In this document: positions 33,958 through 48,900 of the stretch, piece after piece
Position numbering within the stretch: position 1 is the stretch's first letter
Layout: every line of letters begins with the position of its first letter
Assembly: GCA_046563655.1 (NCBI GenBank)
Contig: CM102285.1
Span: 8,122,001-8,186,000 of the forward strand
Length of the DNA stretch: 64,000 nt
Direction of reading: 5' to 3'
DNA from: Yuukianura sp. NJ FZ-2021
Lineage: Eukaryota
The notes under the pieces: model-generated
Told to the model about the DNA's origin: nothing
Database searches by the model: none
Seen by the model: the letters and a program-made list of their open reading frames with translations, nothing else
Position numbers and translations under genes: made by a program

Positions 33958-36900
33958 TTAGCGATTGCCTTTGGAAGCATTTCTCCAGCGCTGTTGCTGC
34001 TGAGACGAATTCGGCCCTGAGGAATTTCCCGGCGATCTGCCGCCACCACCACCACGCTGATCACGATACCCCCTATTCCCCCCGCTGCCATAGTGCCTTC
34101 TGTCGCCATAGTTTGAGTCACGTTCACCTCTTCCATAGTTTGACCTCTGAGAACCATCATTCCCTCCAGACTGCATTTGCCAACGATCTCCACTTCCACC
34201 TCCGTCGGAATATCCAGGACTTGTGTGTTGTTGTCTTCAAGTAATATTTTATGTAAGTTGACAAATATTCTAACAAATATTCTTCAGCCTTAAAAGATGT
34301 AACGTTTACCTTCCACGGGAAGGGTTGTGTTGCTCATTCCTTGCTGGGTAGTATGATGTGTTTGAAGTTCCACCAGGGGGCCGATACCCTCTCCCAGTTC
34401 GTTCTGGTGCGTTGAAAGACCTTGACAAAGGAGATGGCGCTCCCCGTGCTCCCCTTCCTAGCAAACGAAACCCGTCAGCTTGGCTTCCAGTTCGTCCGCG
34501 ACTAGACGCATTTGAGCCTTGACTTGAAGACTCCATTGCGACGAAGTCGTCCACATGTAAAGAGGGTGGACGCGAAGTATTGGGCGGGCGTGATCGGAAC
34601 GGGTCAAAGTTGGGCCGCGTGCTCAGCAATCCTCTCCCAAATCCGAGCCTAGCAATTTTTCAAATATTATGAATATGAAATATTTTACCTTCAGTTTTAC
34701 TCAAACTTTCTTAAATCTCTGCCAACCTGCCCTACCCCTAGGCTGGTGCTTGTGTTTTTTGAACATTTAAAAGTGACTTTTTCAGCTTAAAATATTTATA
34801 AATTATAGCCTCAAAACCGTCTATAACGAGCAGGTCAATCGTCAACCAAGTAATTTACAAAGTGGAAAAATTCGACTTCTTTGGAACAAAAATTCGTACC
34901 CAATCATTTCGATAAGTTGTAAGTGACACTAACCTTCCAGTCACGCCGGATCCTCTGGCGAAAACACTCTTCACAATGGGAGAAGACAAACTCGACACGG
35001 TTGAGTGCTGCGATGCAGTATTATTACTGGTAAGCGTGGTTTTTCCTCCTTGGGAATCATCATTCCTTTCTTCTGATTTCTCTTCGGTGCACGATTCTTT
35101 ATTCGCGTTACAAAATTTTTTCAGCTCTTTCATAAATTCAGTTTCTGATTCGTTAGAAACATCCTGTACTGTTGCCATTAAATCTCGAAATACCTGAAAT
35201 TAAATAATGAGCCACTAAAAAAATGCGCAACATCACTAACGTTTTCCATAACTTATGAACGCACCAAGTCTTCCATCGACAATTCATGTTCACTTTCTTC
35301 GCACTGTCCGATACTCTCCAAATACTGAAGTTTTTTGCCTGCATCTTCAAATTGGCAGGGGGTTCGGACGGACCGTCGTCCGAACTGCTCTTGCAGTGAT
35401 TCTGCGGGCGATAGAGTCACCTCATTCATTATTCCTTGAGAATCGTTTCCTACAGCGTTGACGTAGAAAAGAATCTTATCCAACTTCTCCCTGGCTTCCC
35501 GTAAGTAAGTTTTCAAATGTTGCTGCTCCTCGCTCCCTGATTCGGGTTTCAATTTAATTCATAACTTTGAAGTATGACCAAACCAAAACTAAATTATAAA
35601 TTACTGTATTAAATCACCTCTTCCGCCAGTACCATAGTCGTGATCCCTAGTAATACACACGCGGAAGCGCATGCACAGTTGAACGAGCGGATGGTTTTGC
35701 ATTGCTTCTGGAGATGTCCAACCTAGCAGTTTCCGGACTTCGGTCTTACTCAGAATTGTCTTACGTTCTCCGATACATCCGTATTCATGTTTAGTTGGGG
35801 ACAACTAAATGCAAAGTTAAACTGGTACTAGCTTCAACATAAGAATACAACATAAGAGAGAACTTACCTTCTGTGGCATGATAAGCTTGTGTAAAAGAGA
35901 TAGCAGTCCATCAACAACTTCCAGCGATTCCATTACGCCCACAATATCCAAGTTCTCCACGTCTTTTCTGCTCAACTTCTGAACCAAATCAGAAATTACG
36001 GTGGGATTCTTAGAAAGTGCTCTGTTCAAATAAACCAAAAAATAATTTAACAAAAATAGTTAACTAATAACTATTTGTGAATTCACATTTCACAAAGACG
36101 AAATATAAAAACTTCATTGGATATTAGGTAACTTACATCCTTAGATGATAAAACCCATATTCAGTGTCAATGAGGAGATTGATGGAGAAAAATATTTTAC
36201 GAATCACACCCACGTTCCCCAAAACAGTTTCCTGTGAACACAGGAATGAGATCAAACTGGTGCAGATGATAGACATGGCTTCCTTTGGCGGTAAACTGTT
36301 AGATTTCAAGTAATCTTCATCCACAATCCCCTTTGCATTTCCAAAAATGTTCACTTTCAGATTACACATTGTATGGAAGATCGACATCACTAAATCCTGA
36401 CCCTATAAATACAAAATCCAAACATGCGTACAGATTATATTTAGCATCGGTTTGTATAACTTCGGAAATTGTTTATAAAACTGCCCTACCTTGGTTTGCA
36501 ACGAATTTAGTTTCAGTCCTTTGTCCGATGGACATGTGGTAAGGACTGATGCAAGGAGGGTCAGAAAGTCTGAGAATTTCTCATCAACTTTGAAGGTACA
36601 TCTTAGTACTTGGATGACTCCCGCCTTAATAATGCCTGAGTTCCGAAGAAGGCCGTTGAAGAATCGCAAAAGTCTGACTGTTCGGATAGAGCATTGAACA
36701 ATCCTGCGATCAACAGAACCTTCCACCCATGCTGTCACAGCACTGTTGTTTCCTCTAGAGACTGTAGCAGTACCTTGAGAGGAAATAACTGGTGATGCTG
36801 TTACTTTTTCTTCTAAATCTGCCTCGATTGAGTTTAAAATCGGTTCCATGATGCTGCGACACACCACAAGGCAGGACGGTCCGCTTAAGTCGGCAATTTG

Positions 36901-38751
36901 TTCGCAAACTTTTTTTAACAGTACTTGCAGTTCACGATTTGTTGATTCACAAAGCACTCCAATCATCTGAAACCCAAAATGTACAGAAAAAATAATATTA
37001 GACATTAAACTCTGAATTATATACTTAGGCAATAAACCTACTTAACCTTCAGCAGTCACTTAAAAAATATAAAAGTATTCGACTTGTTGAATACCTCTTG
37101 GAGCGGGGCAGTTACTCCATGCAAGAATGCACTCCACAGTTTCCTTGAGCTGGTCAACCGCACCTTCTCTGCATCCGATAATTCCTTGTCGGCCACCAAA
37201 GGAAGCTTTAGAGCCTGAAGTTCGGAGAATATTTTCAAGCCCGAGACAAAGTTTGAAGGTGACGTCATAGTAAATCTAAAAAGCAATTTTGATTTAAAAA
37301 AATTCTAGCTTACTATGTAAATGCTTGATGACGGAATATAGTTCGAGTTTGGGTTTTACGAAATGAGTTCCGACATCATCCTGGTCCACGCGCTGTTGGC
37401 TGTTGACCAATTCGTCCTCAGCGTCGTCCCCCATTTTTATAACCGGGATTGTGTATGTCTGGAGACTAGCAACTATGTGCACCTTAATTTTCGCAATCAT
37501 ATGAACTGCGGTTGCTGATTGTGGATAACTGTCCGCCAACAAAAATGTTTGCAATAACAAGGGTACCAGTGTCAAATCACGAAAACCTAAAAATACAAAC
37601 ACAAAATTGAATTGCTGCACAGCATAAAAACTAGTACACTAAAAAGTCAAATTCCTTTTGAATTTTGAATTAAGATAAACATCGTAAACGAGTAGAAGCG
37701 AAAAAAACTTACCTGTATTCCGTATGGAAATAATTTCAGTCAACAGTGTGCGAATCAGTCGAACTGTTGGCAGGAGGAGAGCGGCGATAGCTTCTCCCTT
37801 GGAGAATAAGAACGTATGTGCATTGACAGCTGGATGCTTGTACTCTGTTGTAACTTTCCTTAAGATTTCGGCGAGAGTAGTCAGGATGTCCTCAGAATTT
37901 ATTTGGACTAGAGCACACTTTGAGGCAAGTCGGTAAGACATTGCTGCCCCTTCTCGAACTCTTCCAGCGTTAACATCTCCAGTAACTTCAGAAAGTGTGT
38001 TCTGGACAGTGTTTGAGTGTATGGCTAAAATACAACGGAACGTAGGTAAACATTCTCTTTTGTAATTTAAACTCCAAAATTATTACATGTATTTAAAGAT
38101 ATTTGTTGCGTACCGAGATTATCCAGAATCCGCAACCTCGTAACTATTTCAGGAGGAATGCCCCAGTTTAAGACAGTAGATTTGAACAATGACTCATCCG
38201 TGGCCACCTTAAGTTTCTCACAAACGTCAGCCACCCCTTCAAAAGTACAACAAGTTGAATCCAAGGTTGGTCGGATGAATCCTATGACTTCAGTCAACTT
38301 CGTCTGGCCTTCGAAGTCTTCGCCGATAGAATCATAGAGTCTGGAGATTCTATTCCCGTGCTTTGAATATACAGTAATAGAGATTTCGGTTAGTGAAACT
38401 GAGAGAACGATGCATCTTGAATGTCAAACCAACAAAACTTAAACTTACTTCTGAGAGGAATGGCAAATTATCTGCAGTACGTATAACATGTACTAAAATT
38501 TCGACTGCGTAGCCTCCAATAGCAGTTTTTTCAAGTTCTTGAGTTTTGTCCTCCGTCGTAGAGGAATATTTGATACAATTCAGGAGTCCCTCAATAAAAT
38601 TGCCAGTTGTGTACATTCGAGTAACTGCTAACCTCCCAAGGTTAGAAGAGAGTAAAAGAAATGTCTCCATCAAACCATCAATTAAATCATCCGCGTTGTC
38701 CGTGGAGAACTGCCGAGCCATGTCATGACACAAATCGATACACTTGAGGAC
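33958..38751 (-). CDS. vir: Protein virilizer (m6A writer complex subunit), multi-exon, C-terminal part only
   Basis: Signature DPFRSRPPNTSRPPSLHVDDFVAME, RG-rich tail, LKKVCEQIADLS and SRKLWSAFLH segments; many short GT-AG introns. First visible exon starts at acceptor 38751. Exact exon chain not fully resolved. Confidence 0.9.
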
Positions 38752-41700
38752 CTGGAAGAGAAAGTCAGATAAAAACACATTTCCTTTTTCCAATACTACT
38801 AGAACTCCAGTATTTTCATCGACCAACTTAATCAGTATCCAAGAAGTAATTCATGTATTAGATTCTTTTCAGAGAAAGCTACCCACCGAAACGGAGCAAG
38901 TGCCTTGCAAAACCTTGGGATATGGCGTGTAGTATTGTGAAATGTGAAACGTGATAATGCAACTACTATTTGCACAATACTTTCTGTAAAACTTCATATT
39001 TTCTGAGTTTAGTCTTAAATGGCTTTCTTGTGATTTGGAATTTTAGAGCAGCCGAGGATAAAACAGATTCGATTCGGAACAGAAGTATCAATAGGTTGGA
39101 AAATGGACTTGGCAGGAAACTGTGACAGAAACTTCTTAAAGCGCTTCTTAAAAATTACGTCGTTCCTTCATTCCATTCGATGTCAGTCTGAAGAATGTTA
39201 ATGAAAAACCTACGAACAAAAGGGAGTAAATTGAATTTCACTAAAAAAAAAGAAACCACTTTAGTTCAAACGTGCCACACAAAGTGAATAAAGACTAAAA
39301 ACGTTCTTGTTCAAGTAAAAGAAAAATGTAACACTTGAACCTGGAAATTCAGAAACAATGCAATCGGTCTTGGTCTGCCTCCTCACAATCTTACACGAGG
39401 AGAAAACAAAAAGCAGAAACTTCTGGGAAACTACTCAAGGTGAACCATACGAAATGAATTTCCAGTAAAAATTTATCCTTTAAATATTTTGTGCAAAATT
39501 AACAAACTTATATTATATTTCCTGAAATACACGCTTTTCCTGGTTTTCTATTTTCCCAAAACTTAACCTTAAGTACCACTCGAAGAACAATCATCAATTT
39601 AATTTAATTTACTATTCTATACCCTCCCACGTCTTTCTACTCACACACTAACTCGTGTTTCGTTTCCCCAAATCCTTCCTAAAAGAAAACAAAGTCCAAA
39701 GAACCTTTAATTACCCCTTGATACTCCACAATTAATCTGGCCATATCACACTATTAATCACTTTCGCAATTCCAGAAAGGAAGTTCTACTCTACCTTGTT
39801 ACCAGTGCTAAAAGCAACATCTACATGCACACTACTACACTACCAACTACTGGGCTGGGCTACTGCTAGGCAAATATGCTCTACTTTCTCCTCCGATTGA
39901 GTGAAAGAAGGCACGTCGACCCGACTCTTTCAGGTCTAAGCAGGTCACTCTGGTTACGACAAATGAGACAAAACAGAAGCGATTTCGAATTACAGTTACT
40001 CGCACGCAAGCCGCTTTTAAATTTTAAACTCCATGTCCTACTCCTAAATTAACCATAACCATGCAGAACGTAATACCCCAACCAATTTAAACTTGAAAAA
40101 GAAAATGGAACAAGTGAAGGTCGGAGGAAGGAAAGTCGGCAAAGTCGCAATTTCGCTTCAGTCCTGCAGTAGTACACAAAAGTTTAAGTTTACCATAATT
40201 AGGATTTTTGTTTTACGATTTTTAGTAAGTTCCTGGCTGTTATGCCTGACAATTTGTCTTGAGGAGTCTAATTGACAATAAAAATACTGTTTTTTTGTCT
40301 TGTTAAGAACTGCTGAAAATAACACAAAAACATGCAAAAAAAATTCACAGCGAAAGCGAAGGGATTGAAACTGAGTTTCTGAATAGAATACCGATAGTGA
40401 TCAAAAAGCCTTATGTATTAACCGAATGCAACAGAAGGAGGTTTAGATTAACGCAATTTGTGTAGCGTTTGTAGTTTGATCATTAGAAGAAACGTGCAAT
40501 GTTCGTTTTAAAACCCCGAACTAAAGGCAACGCGTTGCTGCCGGATCCGCAACTTTGGACTATGCTTGAGCTGTTTTAATTAAACTGCTAATAGTTCGTT
40601 ACACTTCTTTAGTGCTTGCCACTACTGAACGTTGACCTACTGCGCACACGCAATCAGAAGTCGCCGCTGCTAAATAAAATGATTTAACTTACTAATTACC
40701 AAAAAAAAAAAATAATTAGAAGATCATTCTCCTCACCAAATGCTCAGGTTCTTTCAGTTCAACCGACGAGTCTTGTCTCTCTCTGTCTCCGACATGACCG
40801 ATCTCCACCTTCACCGGAATTGTTTCGGCTACAATAGGAATAGGAACCGAAATCTTTTCTTCCCAGACAAGTTGACCCAGGTCATAAATGAATGAGTGGG
40901 TCTGAGTCTCTCTAGTTTGCAATAACGCCTGGCCTTGACAACTGAGAAAGTGGGGATGATCAGCAACGACATTCCCCTTGACTTGACACGACGTGACATG
41001 CATCCTCGTATCGGAGGAAGTGGTTTCATTTTCTGCAATGCCGTTCGCTCTGGAACTGAAGGGTGGTTCAATACTTGCTTTGATTACACGGTTGTCAGCC
41101 ATCTTGTAGCACGGTGTTTTGATTCCCCTTGAGATTGACACCGTAAGTGAACGGACGCTCAACGTTTTGATTCCTATGGATTGTAAAAGTAGCCACCCGG
41201 TAGCCACTTTTCGAAACAGTGTGACGTTGTGAGAACCAATGACAATGAGTACAAAACTGCACTATGACGGTTTCAGCGAATATTTTTAATCAATTTCAAA
41301 GTGATAAAACAAAAGTTAACAACTTAAACCACCGATAATTTAGCAACAAAATCGTAACTTACTTATTCAAAACTACTCAGTCCATGTGGACCACTTGAAG
41401 TGGTAGTGTAAATATTTCAACCCAACACCGAGTTACGTCATACATGATCACCGCACGCATACCACCATTACTAGTGCTGGGCAAAAATCCGGCCAATTTT
41501 TTTTTAAATTTTACTGTTCAACCAGCGATTATTAAAAAATTGTTTAAAGTGTGTGTTCACTCATTTGCTAAGATTAATTCAAATCGTGGTGCAGAAATTC
41601 GCAGTAAATTTAAAATCATAACGTAGAAAATCGTGCCGCCGAAAATCGCAGCGTAGAAATTGGTTGGTAGAGTGCTAAATTATGAGGAGAGATCGACTGC

Positions 41701-42495
41701 TTTCTACATGATTTGCTGCAAATTGGAAAAAAAACACAACCAAAAATTACTTGCAGAAAATCGAAATGTGAAAAATTGTCTGCAGAAAATTGTAATGTTC
41801 TACATTTTCTACAAGTAGAAAGCTTGCGGAAAATCGAAACGCTCAACAAAGTTGCCGAGAATCGAGACGTCCTGAACAAACTTGTGGAAAATCGGGATTC
41901 TAATAGCTTGCAGCAAATCCTGCTGCACAGTGATTTAAAAAACAAATACAAGCCGCCAAATTGAAACCACAAAATACCCGGGTGACAAAAATTTACGCCA
42001 TAAGTAGCATAGAAATTTTTGGTTTCACAAAAATTCCAGTATCCAGAGTTATCCAAGGGTTACAGAAGATCCAGAGGTGTCATTGGAAAGCTAATGCTAG
42101 CCCTGACACGATGAGTCTACCACTTTGATCCACTTTGTCTAATATGACAAGAAATTAAGCTGTTGAAAATTTTCTCTTTTACACGTAATGGGGGGAAGTT
42201 TATGCCAATTTGTTTTAAAGCTCAAGGTTGTGATATACCATAACTGCCATTTCAGTTTACTAAAATTAGAAAAATACGAAAAGTACTGAAATCGTAGTTA
42301 GCAGTTAAGTCAAGTCTTAAAAACGTATCAAATTAGCTGGCAAAATATATTTTCATTGTCATAATACATGAAAAACAATTTCTTTCTTTGATGCACTATG
42401 TAGTAGAAACAATGGAAATGTTATTCCTAATTGGGGTCATTAACTACCCAGCTGTGAAAGAAGAAATTGCGTGATTGTGCATCTAGGTTGTAGTG

Positions 42496-43741
42496 TATGT
42501 GGGGAGATTTGCTGATAAACAACAGGATTTTTTCCGCAACAGGAATACCAAAAAACGGGCTATTCCTGTTGCGGAGATTCCGTTTGCGTCAAATCGGAAC
42601 AGTCATTTTCTGTTGCGAAATTTCCTGGCAGTCATTTTCTGTTGCGAAATATCCTGGTAGCTAATTTCCGTCGCGAAACATCCTGGTAGCTAATTCCTGT
42701 CGCGAAAAATGCTGACGTCTAATTTCTGTTGCGAAAAATGCCGACAGTTAATTCCTACTGCAAAAAATAGCTGAGAGCCAATTCCATGTAGAAAATCGTG
42801 GTCCTCACTTTCTGTTGCAAAAAAAATTCGAGATGTGTTTTGGACACCAGGAATCGAGATGTGTTTTCGACATCAGCAACCAAGGTGGGTAAACAAATAA
42901 ACAAATTGTTTATTCTACACCAGGTTATTCAGTAAGTCGATGTTTTTAACTTTCTCAAATAATTTGCAAAACTTGCGTCGCCGTGCCTTGCTATGGTAAT
43001 AATTTGTATGTAAGTTAATAGGAATTGGAGGAAAAAATTGTTTTCTTCCAAAAATTTTGAAGTAGGAAGGTACTGAATAACCTGGTGTAGCAAATACAAC
43101 GTGTTGTATTTTGGTTGTCAAGGCACCTTGTCAGCAACCTTCGTCCGCCTTACCAAGAGATGGCGTGTACTTTGCACACTTACATACAAAGTAAAAAGAA
43201 AGAGAATTTACTAATTTCAATTAAAATGTTAAACGTTGATGAGGAAGGTAGCGCTACCCGTTTCGTAATATTGGCTTGTGCGCATGCGTACTGATTGAGT
43301 GAGATCGACATGAGAAGCAGAAAGATAAAGCAAGTAGCATTTAATTTGATGCAGTGCACGCCATCTCTTGGTAAGGCGGACGAAGGTTGCTGATGTCGAA
43401 AACACATCTCGATTCCTGGTGTCAAAAACACATCTCAATTTTTTTTTGCAACAGAAAGTGAGGACCCTGATTTTCTACAAGGAATTGGCTCTCAGTTTTT
43501 TTTTGCAGTAGGAATTAACTGTCGACATTTTTCCCAACAGAAATTAGACGTCAGCATTGTTCGCGACAGGAATTAACTACCAGGATTTTTTGCAACAGAA
43601 AATGACTGGCAGGAATTTTCGCAACAGAAAATGACTGTCACGATTTGACGCAACAGGATTATCCGCAACAGGAATTGCCCGTTTTTTGGTATTCCTTTTG
43701 CGGAAAAAATCATATTGTTTATCAGCAAATCTCCCCCCATA
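42496..43741. mobile_element. Foldback-type non-autonomous DNA transposon with long TIRs built of CTGTTGCGAAA-like subrepeats
   Basis: 42496-42880 plus 43131-43170 is the reverse complement of about 43350-43741; ends TATG...CATA; GTAGTG duplicated at 42490-42495 and 43742-43747. Confidence 0.85.
42881..43130. mobile_element. 250 bp MITE (P- or hAT-like) nested in the left arm of the foldback
   Basis: Ends CAAGGTG...CACCTTG; 8 bp TSD TCAGCAAC at 42873-42880 and 43131-43138. Confidence 0.8.
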
Positions 43742-43927
43742 GTAGTGGACCCTGTACCGCACCCCACTCGCGCCCTATAGGCTAAATTAGGATACGACAC
43801 ACAATGTACACACACTCATATTCTCAGTCTGAATAAACCCTCACTTGGCTCATCATCTGCTCTTGTCTCCGTCCACTTCCTTCCTCCAGCATCCGTATCA
43901 GCATCAGCATCCAGCATACAGCGGACA

Positions 43928-45702
43928 GACCCCGGCAAAGCTCAGGGTTTCGCTCCGCTCCGCTCAATTGGTGGTGATTTGACAATCGCTCTGCTCCGTT
44001 CAGCTCAGCTCTGTCATCTCCAAACACCGTTCCATTCCGCTCCGCTCAAACTAATACAGCAAAACTTTCGCTCCGCTCCGCTCAGCTCAGCCTTAACTTA
44101 GAAAGCATAGCTCCGCTCAGCATCGTTCGCTCAGGTTCATTTGGAAACAGTGTATCGCTCAGCCGCTCCGCTCAACTTTTGCCCAAAAACTTTCGCTCTG
44201 CTCCGCTCAACTCAGCACAATACTGCGCATGACACCGTTCCGTTCAGCTCCGCTCACAATTTCGCTCAGCTCAGAACTTCGCGCAGCTCAGATTCAATTT
44301 TTGTTTCGGCATCCAAATGCTATGTGTTTAGAGAGCTGACAGCGTCCGTTCTCTCAAAGGAGCTCCTCTCCCACTTCTCTTACAAGTTAAGTTCAAGTAC
44401 TTTGTACAATCTCAATCTCACACCTCTCTCTCTCTTAATTACTTAATTAACAGCAATTAATCGATCCCTTCATACTTCTGTTCAGTTCATCCTTTTATTA
44501 GTATAAATAAAAGGGCATAAGCCCAGAAAAATTGGATTTCCGACTTAGTCTCCGATTTCTTGTCATTTTTAAATTAAAACCGAAAACGTTGGTTCTTAAA
44601 CCAACATAATTTTTCCAATTTTCAAAAGTGCATAACCCTTTCGCTACGGATTTTTGTTTGTTTGTTGTTATTTCAACGGCTGAATTTGAAGATGAAAATC
44701 GGTTTTCTCAAACCAGTACTCCGCCCTTACTCCAACCAAAATTCAAATCTCATCAGTGAGTTGCTTCACCGATTCTACTGGCGCTCTCAGTCAACCCTTT
44801 TCAAAGGAAAAACAGCCAGTGTTCGTCGCAAACAGAATTCGCAAATTCAAGCTCTCACCAGTTACCATCCAGTGGTTCCATGTTCCAGGAGAAATCAATC
44901 TCGGAATATTCGGCAACAAACAGACCTGAAATATGTATTTGCCAATATAACCACTATAGACATGGAACTAAATATTTTTGGCACGTCTGTTTACTATTAC
45001 AAAATTACTATTAGCATATCATATTTCAAATTAATTCAAATTTCAACACAAAAGTTAAAGTCAATGTACATAGTCACATAAAGACTTGTTTGGACAAGTA
45101 TCTCATGCTATGGGTTTGAATTTCCCTGCAAAATTGAAAAAATCCAAAGTTAGCAACTACTGAGCCGAACGATCTTCGCTCCGCTCAGAACAAGCTTAAA
45201 TTTGTGCATTCTGAGCGGAACGGTCTTCGCTCCGCTCATCATAAAATAGGTGTTAATAAACTCTGAGCGGAGCGATCTTCGCTCCGCTCAGAACACAAAT
45301 AATTTCTCGTTCCGCTCCGCTCAGTGGCACGAATGTTCTCGTTCAGCTCGCCCGGCTCTGTCGGATAAATTCTCTGTGGGCCGTTCGCTCCACTCAGCAT
45401 AACGGCTTTTCTTTCCGTTCCGCTCAGTTCAGGTCAGTCAAAAAAATTCGCTCCGCTCCGTTCAGCTCAGGAATAAATTTGAAATTCCCGTTCAGCTCAA
45501 TCATCGCTCCGCATCAAACCGCTGTTCCGCTCAAAGACTGCCCCGTTCAACTCTCTAGACTACCGTTCCGCTCAATTTCGCTCCGCTCAGCTTGGCTACA
45601 CGTTCGTTCCGCTCCGCTAAGCAATTTTCGCTCTGAGCGATGCCTGAGCGGAGCGGAACGACAAATTTTTAGCGAAAATCTCCGAAGTATGCACCGGAGG
45701 TC
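43928..45702. repeat. Probable non-autonomous DNA transposon with two subterminal clusters of CGCTCCGCTCA(G) motifs
   Basis: Dozens of motif copies at about 43945-44290 and 45160-45660 flank a unique AT-rich core; weak GACC(T)CCGG inverted ends. Confidence 0.6.
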
Positions 45703-45983
45703 ACAGGTTGCTTCCCCGAGTTGACACACGTGGCGAGCGTGAAGCGGAAACGACTGCATCCCAGAAACGAAAAAATCAAGAAAGGTGAAACCTAACAAAA
45801 CTTAAAAAATTGGGAAAATTCGAAAATCGCTGTTTCAATTTCATCTAAATCTGAAAAAAATTCAAACTTTCATTAAATGGAGCAAAGATGGGAAGCCATA
45901 GCGTTAAAAAATTAAAGTCTAAATTTCTAAAAACTTGAAAAGTTAAAAAATCTATAACGTTAAAAAGTTAAAAACCCAAAAAC

Positions 45984-48900
45984 TATGGGGTCGCAAACTC
46001 CATTCTGCAGACGGACTCGAACTCGAGTACTCGTCTATTTTTTGGGACTCGAGACACGAGTCTTCGGTTTTTCAAACTCGAGTCTCACTTCAAAATTGAA
46101 CCAAATTGAGGTGCTATTAGTTTCGTTTACCCAAAGTTGTTTTATATGACACGGTAAAATTGGCAGTTCAAAAAATAGAATCTGGTTAGTATTAGGGCAG
46201 GGGCCACGTCAAATCAAAAAATTTCCCGGTTCGCTTTTTGTCCGAAACGCAATTAAATCTCATACTGAGTCTGACACTCTGAAACACGGAATGAGCTTTT
46301 AAAAAAAATTTTTCGAAGTTTCGAAGTTGCCCAAAAAATTTCCATCTTGAGAAACATCTTTTTGTCAAATTTAAAAAAAAGAATTCTTTCCTCTCATTTT
46401 TCACCACGTTTACAAGCTATTTCCAGTCGTTTTGCACAAACTTCTCTTTTTGTTGGGAAGGGTGCCCCTTTGTATGTATGTTTTTCGAATTTGATTTTTT
46501 GAAATTTTTGGAAATGAACGGATTGAGGTCAATGGTTATGTTGACTGCTTTGATCTCAATAGAGAGTTAATAGAGAGTTATAGCAAACTCAAATATAGAG
46601 CGAAATATAGAATATAAATATAGATTCTATATTTATATTCTATATTTTGAAATATGGAACAGCTACACTTACAGCACAATTTATACGAAAAAATTATAAA
46701 TATAAGTTACAGGAATTTCAAACGGTTCAGTCCTGTTTAAACCCGCCGAAGTAAACTGCGCTGGCAAAGTGGGCAAAATAAATGTCGCGAAGGTATATGT
46801 CGCCAAAATTATTGTCGCCAGGTAAATTGTCATTTGTCGCCAAATGCTAGCGTAAAGTTTAAGGAATTAGAAAACACTTAAGTAACTTGTTACGGCGGGA
46901 AAGTGGCAAAAATTCTGACACTTGGCGACATTTGGGACATTCATCACTTGGCGACATTTGTCGGGCGACATATTTTTTGTAACATTGTATTGACAAAAGT
47001 CGACATCTTACGAAATTTCTGGCGACCACATTCAAATTTACAACATTTATCTTTCCAATATTCGCACGGCGACATTCCAACTAACTCGAATCGGCGACAT
47101 TCCTAAGTCCTTTGCCACAAGCAACAACATTCGCTAATTCCAATAGGGGTGACTGGCGACATTGAAACAGGCGACACAAGTTTCAGCAGCATTGCAATTA
47201 AGGACATTAGCTGACGACATTACAATTTGCGACAGATTATGGCGACATTGAAACGAGTAAAATTTGACCCGGCGACATCGGTTACGGCGGCATTATCGTT
47301 TTAGTTTGTCTCTATTGGCGACTGACGTTGAAATTGGCGACATTACGTTTGACGGCATTACCTTTGGCGACGTTACAATTAGTGAGATAGGTTATGCCGA
47401 CATTTATATGACGACATTGCGATTGGCGACATCGCAATTGCAGTTGGTATTGCGGTGGGCGACATTGCAATTGCAGTTGGTATTGCGGTTGGCGGCATTG
47501 CAATTGGTGCCATTCGTTACGGCGACATTGAAGCTAGCGACATTAATAAAGGCGACTGCTTTAAGCGAATCGGTCGCGGCGACGTCATTGTCGCGCCATT
47601 TCAAATGGACATATGTTATGGCGACATTTCAAATGGACATACGTTATGGCGACATTTCAAGTGGCGACATTGCAATTGGCAACATTGCAATTGAAAATGC
47701 AACTGGCGACATTGCTTTAGGAGGCTTAGGTTACGGCGACATTGTCATTTAATCTTATTTTAAGAAGCTGCAAGGCGACATTTAGTAACGATCCGTTTAA
47801 AACAAGACTGTTCTTTTAAAAATTACGCTGCGCGTCTCAATTTTCCCAATCAAAGGGCTTTTCCTCCTGTATTCTATATTTCATAATCGAAATTACAGAA
47901 CTTTTCTATATTTCCCATAATCGCAAAATATAGAATATGGAGCGTTCCATATTCTATATCTATATTCTATATTCTATATTTTCCATAAACTGAGTTGCTA
48001 TAACTCTCTAATGCAACTCACTTTATGGAAAATATAGAATATAGAATATAGATATAGGATATGGAACGCTCCATATTCTATATTTTGCGATTATGGGAAA
48101 TATAGAAAAGTTCTATAATTTCGATTATGAAATATAGAATACAGGAGGAAAAGCTCTCTGATTGGGAAAATTGAGACGCGTAGCATAATTTTTAAAACAA
48201 TAGTCTGTTTTTAAACGTATCGTTACTAAATGTCGCCATGTAGCTTTTTAAAATAAGATGAAATGACAATGTCGCCGTAACCTAAGTCTGCTAAAGCAAT
48301 GTCGCCAGTTGCATTTTCAATTGCAACGTTGGCAATTGCAATGTCGCCACTTGAAATGTTGCCATAACGTATGCAATTTGAAATGTCGCCAATTGCAATG
48401 CTGCCACTTGAGATGTCGCCATCACGTATGTCCATTTGAAATGTCGCGACAACGACGTCGCCGCGACCGATTCGCTTAAAGCAGTCGCCTTTATTAATGT
48501 CGCTAGCTTCAATGTCGCCGTAACCCATGGCACTAGTTGCAATGCCGCCAACCGCAATACCAACTGCAATTGCAATGTCGCCCACCGCAATACCGACTGC
48601 AATTGCGATGTCGCCAATCGCAATGTCGGCATAACCTATCTTGTAACGTCGAAAAAGGTAATGTTGTCAAACGTAATGTCGCCAATTTCAACGTCAGACG
48701 CAAATAGAGACAACCTAAAACAATACAGCCGCCGTAACCGATGTCGCCGAGTCGAATTTTTCTAGTTTCAATGTCGTCATAACCTGTCGCAAATTACAAT
48801 GTCGCCAACTAATGTCCTTAATTACAATGCTGCCGAAGCTCGTGTTGCCGGTTTCGATGTCGCCAGTCACCATTATTGCAATTAACGAATGTTGCTGCTT

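Noticed and set aside
40716..41207. Integrase fragment (PPFSSRANGIAE) or upstream virilizer exon
   Set aside because: Only one short motif-like match with no flanking integrase motifs and no resemblance to VIRMA.
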